A DNA stretch of 63,821 nt, filler included, from Dimorphilus gyrociliatus (taxonomy: Eukaryota > Animalia > Annelida), in assembly GCA_904063045.1 (NCBI GenBank). It is 7 parts of 7 records of this genome, joined end to end, with 100 filler letters (N's around TTAATTAATTAA, not from the genome) between each part and the next. Parts side by side here need not be neighbours in the genome. Positions count along the whole stretch, not along the records: positions 58,117 to 63,821 come from CAJFCJ010000324.1; 6 more parts are not named here. One strand, written 5' to 3'. A program made the translations under genes and the position numbers. Position 1 is the first letter of the stretch. Every line of letters begins with the position of its first letter. Of this stretch, positions 60,646-63,821 are shown one piece after another. The notes beneath the pieces were generated by a model that had not been told where the DNA came from, searched no databases, and saw only the letters and a program-made list of their open reading frames with translations.

Positions 60646-62595
60646 TTAAACTGGTGAATAAATGTCAGAAGCTTTATCAAGTAAGTCCAGGGAGGTAATT
60701 GAGGCAATTTCAAATTGTTCCCATAAGCTGAATATTTTGCTCTGAATATTCTGATATGCTTTTCTTTGCTGTCTACAAATTTTCTTTTCACTCAGTAATT
60801 TTTTATATAGCTTTATCAGATCAGCTTCTCTTTTCAGTTCATCTAAAAGCAAATAGAATGCAGTGTTCGAGCAAAGATTCTTGTTAAGCCTGTGATGCCA
60901 TCCTTCAAGATCATTATTTGTCCTTATAGCCTCACCATAAACAGACCATACCTCTGGTTTATAAAATCCATTTATCCATTGTGTCTCAATGTACTCCAAT
61001 AGAGACTTCATTTCAATAGGACTTATTTCTTTAATAGTCTTAAATGTTGGTTCTATCAGATCAGAGGGCAGGAATGGTAATGCCATTAATTTCTTCATGA
61101 TTCTATATTCAGCTTTTTCTCCTTGTACATCTTACATAATCCTAATTCCTGGAAATAAATATGTCAGTTCTATCTAGACCTCAAATACTAAATTAAAGTA
61201 TTACTTGAATCTTTCTGTATATTGCCTGTGTCCAGTGAAAAACACACCCTTTAATGTTTGCTTCAGGATAAGTGAATGATAGTGCTTTCCAAATAGCTTT
61301 TTCAAAGTCTACAACAACTTTTTTGGGGCTATGCCCATTTGTTAAATCTTGTATTGCCTGTTAATTTAACAAATTAGATTATTCAATTTAAAATGCAAAA
61401 TTATTGTACCTTAAATAATTTCTTGTAGGCTGTCTTTCTCTTAGATCCCATAAAAGCAAAAGCCATTGGAATTTGTTTTATTTCTCCATTTTTTTTTATA
61501 AATCCATGAATAGAAAAAAGTTGATAAAAAGGGTCTTTCACACATTTAAATGTGCCATCCATAAACCATATTTTGCCTTTAGATAATAATTCAATTTGCT
61601 TTGTAGTTGAAAATATTAGTATTCTATCATTCTCCATTTGTATATCCATTTGTAAAAAATCATCAGGAATAGAAGTTTTAGCCAAGTTGAAGTGAATACT
61701 TTGAGGTTCAGCTGGTCTAAACTTCTTTCTTGTCCAGTTTGCCAGTCTTGTACAATTATCTAGAGATGGAATAACTTCACCAGAACTACAATGTTTCACC
61801 AGAACATCTTCAGCTAAACGTTTTCCTGAACTACTGATATCTTTATTACAAGCATTTTTTAGTTCATTCCTAATCATTATTTTTTGTTCCAAATCAGGTA
61901 CTCTTTCATGAGAATGGGATAACTTTCCAGGATAAAATCTGTTCCCATGCTGACTAACTGTTGCTGAACATTTGTTTCTTTTGTTCCTAACACTGCATAT
62001 CCAGAATGTTGTCTTGTTTCTTTTTTCTTTAATATTGTAGCAGAAATTGTTGAAAAGTAGCAAATCTTTTCCTTTCTGGCTCATTCCCTTTAAGATTTTA
62101 AATGAATAACTTTCTTTCTCACAATCTGATTTTGGAGAAACTATAAATGAAACTTCCATCATATTATTTTGCTGAGCTGGAAGATCTTCAACTAAAACAT
62201 TGTGTGATTCCATAATACTGCCATTTGTATCATTTCCACTTGAATTTCCACAATGATTTTCACAAACAATAGTTTGCTCATTTCTATTATTTGCTGTATC
62301 AAAATTTGGTGTTTGTCTTATTTCTTCATTAGCAGATGCACTAGAAGGTAGCCTTTGAAGTGCAACAATGCATTTCTTCATTGATATGTCACAGCAAATG
62401 TTACAATAAAATGATTGATCTGTGAAAAAATATAAAAACATATTTGTAAGGAAGGATAGTGACAAAAAACTTAAACAAACCTTTATAATCCAAACATTTT
62501 TTATGTATTTTAAATAAATGACAGCAAAGCTGACATTTCTCTTGATTTTGTCTTCCATATATTCTCTCTTCACAAATGTAACAAATTGGTGCCAT
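60646..62595 (-). CDS. PHD-FLYWCH-MULE transposase; exons 62481-62595, 61410-62419, 61205-61357, 60646-61148; one-base frameshift at T5 (61114-61118)
   Basis: CYIC-CQLC-H..C-CNIC (PHD); FCY...FWICS...C.A...H.H (FLYWCH); WFMDGTFK, VVVDFEKA, GCVFHW, RTNNDLEGWH (MULE DDE). Introns of 61, 52 and 56 bp, all GT-AG. Confidence 0.9.
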
Positions 62596-63005
62596 GTTCA
62601 ATTTGGAATCTCTATCAATAACCAACTGTATAAATTTAAAAATTAAACAATTAACAATAATGATAAACAAAATGGCTGCTATAAAAATAAAGCTAATTTA
62701 TAAATAAATCATTTCAACACAATATTCTATAACTTACTGATATCAATTCTAAAGTTTGTGTTTTGTCTGATGGTTTTCAATAGTGAAATATATTTCAAAC
62801 TGCAAAAAATTCTGAAAAATTGTAGATGAAATATGCACAATATTCACTTTCCATGAAAAACATAGAAGATCCCAGAACTGTTTCCTGTCTGGATTTCAAA
62901 ATGGCTACCAAAAGTGATTGCATTATGGGAATGTATTGGATATATCTCAAAATCAATAATAAAAATTTAAATTTGAAAAAGTATTTTTTAATATATTCTT
63001 CACAT

Positions 63006-63116
63006 AGTGGACGTTTTCTCCAGTGGACGTTTTCTCCAACCAGTGGACGTTTTCTCCAATCAGTGGACGTTTTCTCCAGTGGACGTTTTCTCCAGTGGAC
63101 GTTTTCTCCATAATTC
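63006..63116 (-). repeat. Right TIR: six units with the same spacing, inverted
   Basis: Read directly. Confidence 0.95.
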
Positions 63117-63821
63117 ATTTTAAAGAATCTGAAATTCAAGGAAAAAATTAGCTCAACTTCAGTCAACTTTCTTGATTTGGTTCTCTTTAAAGGAACAAGA
63201 TTTCTGTCTTCCAATCATTTGGATCATATAACATACTTCAAAAAATGTGAAACATTTCACCAGTTACATCGAAATTCTCTTCATCCAAAGCACACTTTTA
63301 AAGGATTGTTGAAAGCTCAATTTCAAAGACTTTTTAAAAATAGTTCCTCCAATGTTATTTTTTATCTAACCTGTCAAACTGTTATCCATCCACTCTTACA
63401 GCAAGGCTATCACCTAAAAGAAATAAGAAAAGCAATAAAATCTGTACTGAAAGATGATTTGTATAGAGAGCACTGCCAGAGAGAATTAAAGAAATATGTG
63501 AAAAAAACAATGACATACCTGTGAAGATGAAAATCTTTTTCAACATCTCAAGCAAAATATATCATCCTCTTAAATTACAATTCCTTTATAGAAATGGTTA
63601 TATTAATTTTTTGGCTGAAAAACCCCAGATTTACCTCCTTCAATGTAAAGAGTGTGGACAGTTAATGTTTTTTTCCATTTTCCAAAAGTACACAGATGTG
63701 AATATTTTTGAAACACTTGATTATTTACTGTCAAGACAGTACTTGAAAATTAAAAATGATGAACTAGTGGAGAATTTTATTGAACATGGTCATTTTAATG
63801 AAAATCAACAAAATTTACAAT

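Larger units (their letters stand above)
60354..63116 (-). mobile_element. Mutator-superfamily (Phantom-like) DNA transposon, 2763 bp, 9-bp TSD ATTTTAAAG
   Basis: TSD at 60345-60353 and 63117-63125; mirrored 111-bp modular TIRs; internal transposase. Confidence 0.95.
59495..63524 (+). mobile_element. Penelope-like element RT (59495-60353 + 63117-63524), interrupted by the MULE; one further frameshift at about 59910; possible GIY-YIG remnant 63619-63663
   Basis: FYGLPKIHK, RPVVS, TLDVKNMYTNI, GCAMG..YAP.YANL.M, RYLDD, VNFLDL, LH..S.HP; downstream IYLLQCKECG. Confidence 0.9.

Overview
This window is not one replicon. It is seven unrelated contigs joined by six artificial 100-bp spacers (N43-45 + TTAATTAATTAA + N43-44), and at least three kinds of organism are present. 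Contigs 1 (1-19060), 3 (28717-32076), 4 (32177-37441), 6 (51063-58016) and 7 (58117-63821) come from an AT-rich, short-intron invertebrate animal, probably a lophotrochozoan (inference from the USP gene, GRL101-like GPCR and PAN/FAMeT domains). They carry CACHD1, FBXO15, a RING E3, a neuroglian-like Ig gene, the FASN 3' end, a USP gene, several orphan Cys-rich secreted or GPI-anchored genes and many transposon relics. Contig 2 (19161-28616) is the late operon of a Mu-like transposable phage with a non-contractile tail, probably from a gammaproteobacterium. Contig 5 (37542-50962) looks microsporidian: intronless Pkc1, Yip1-like and DNAJC9 genes, several Merlin/ISXO2 elements and a signal-peptide RING-like orphan. 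Contig 6 is a whole-contig fold-back and most likely an assembly artefact. The best-supported highlights are (i) a PHD-FLYWCH-MULE transposon with modular 6x16-bp TIRs inserted with a perfect 9-bp TSD into a Penelope RT, (ii) a telomere-repeat-containing MITE family sharing its core motif, (iii) a rapidly diverging GPI-anchored Cys-scaffold gene cluster, (iv) a conserved 18-nt motif at the stop codons of the phage capsid and tail-tube genes, and (v) the microsporidian itself. I do not see a single clearly new multi-gene system. All family assignments are by motif recognition, not database search.
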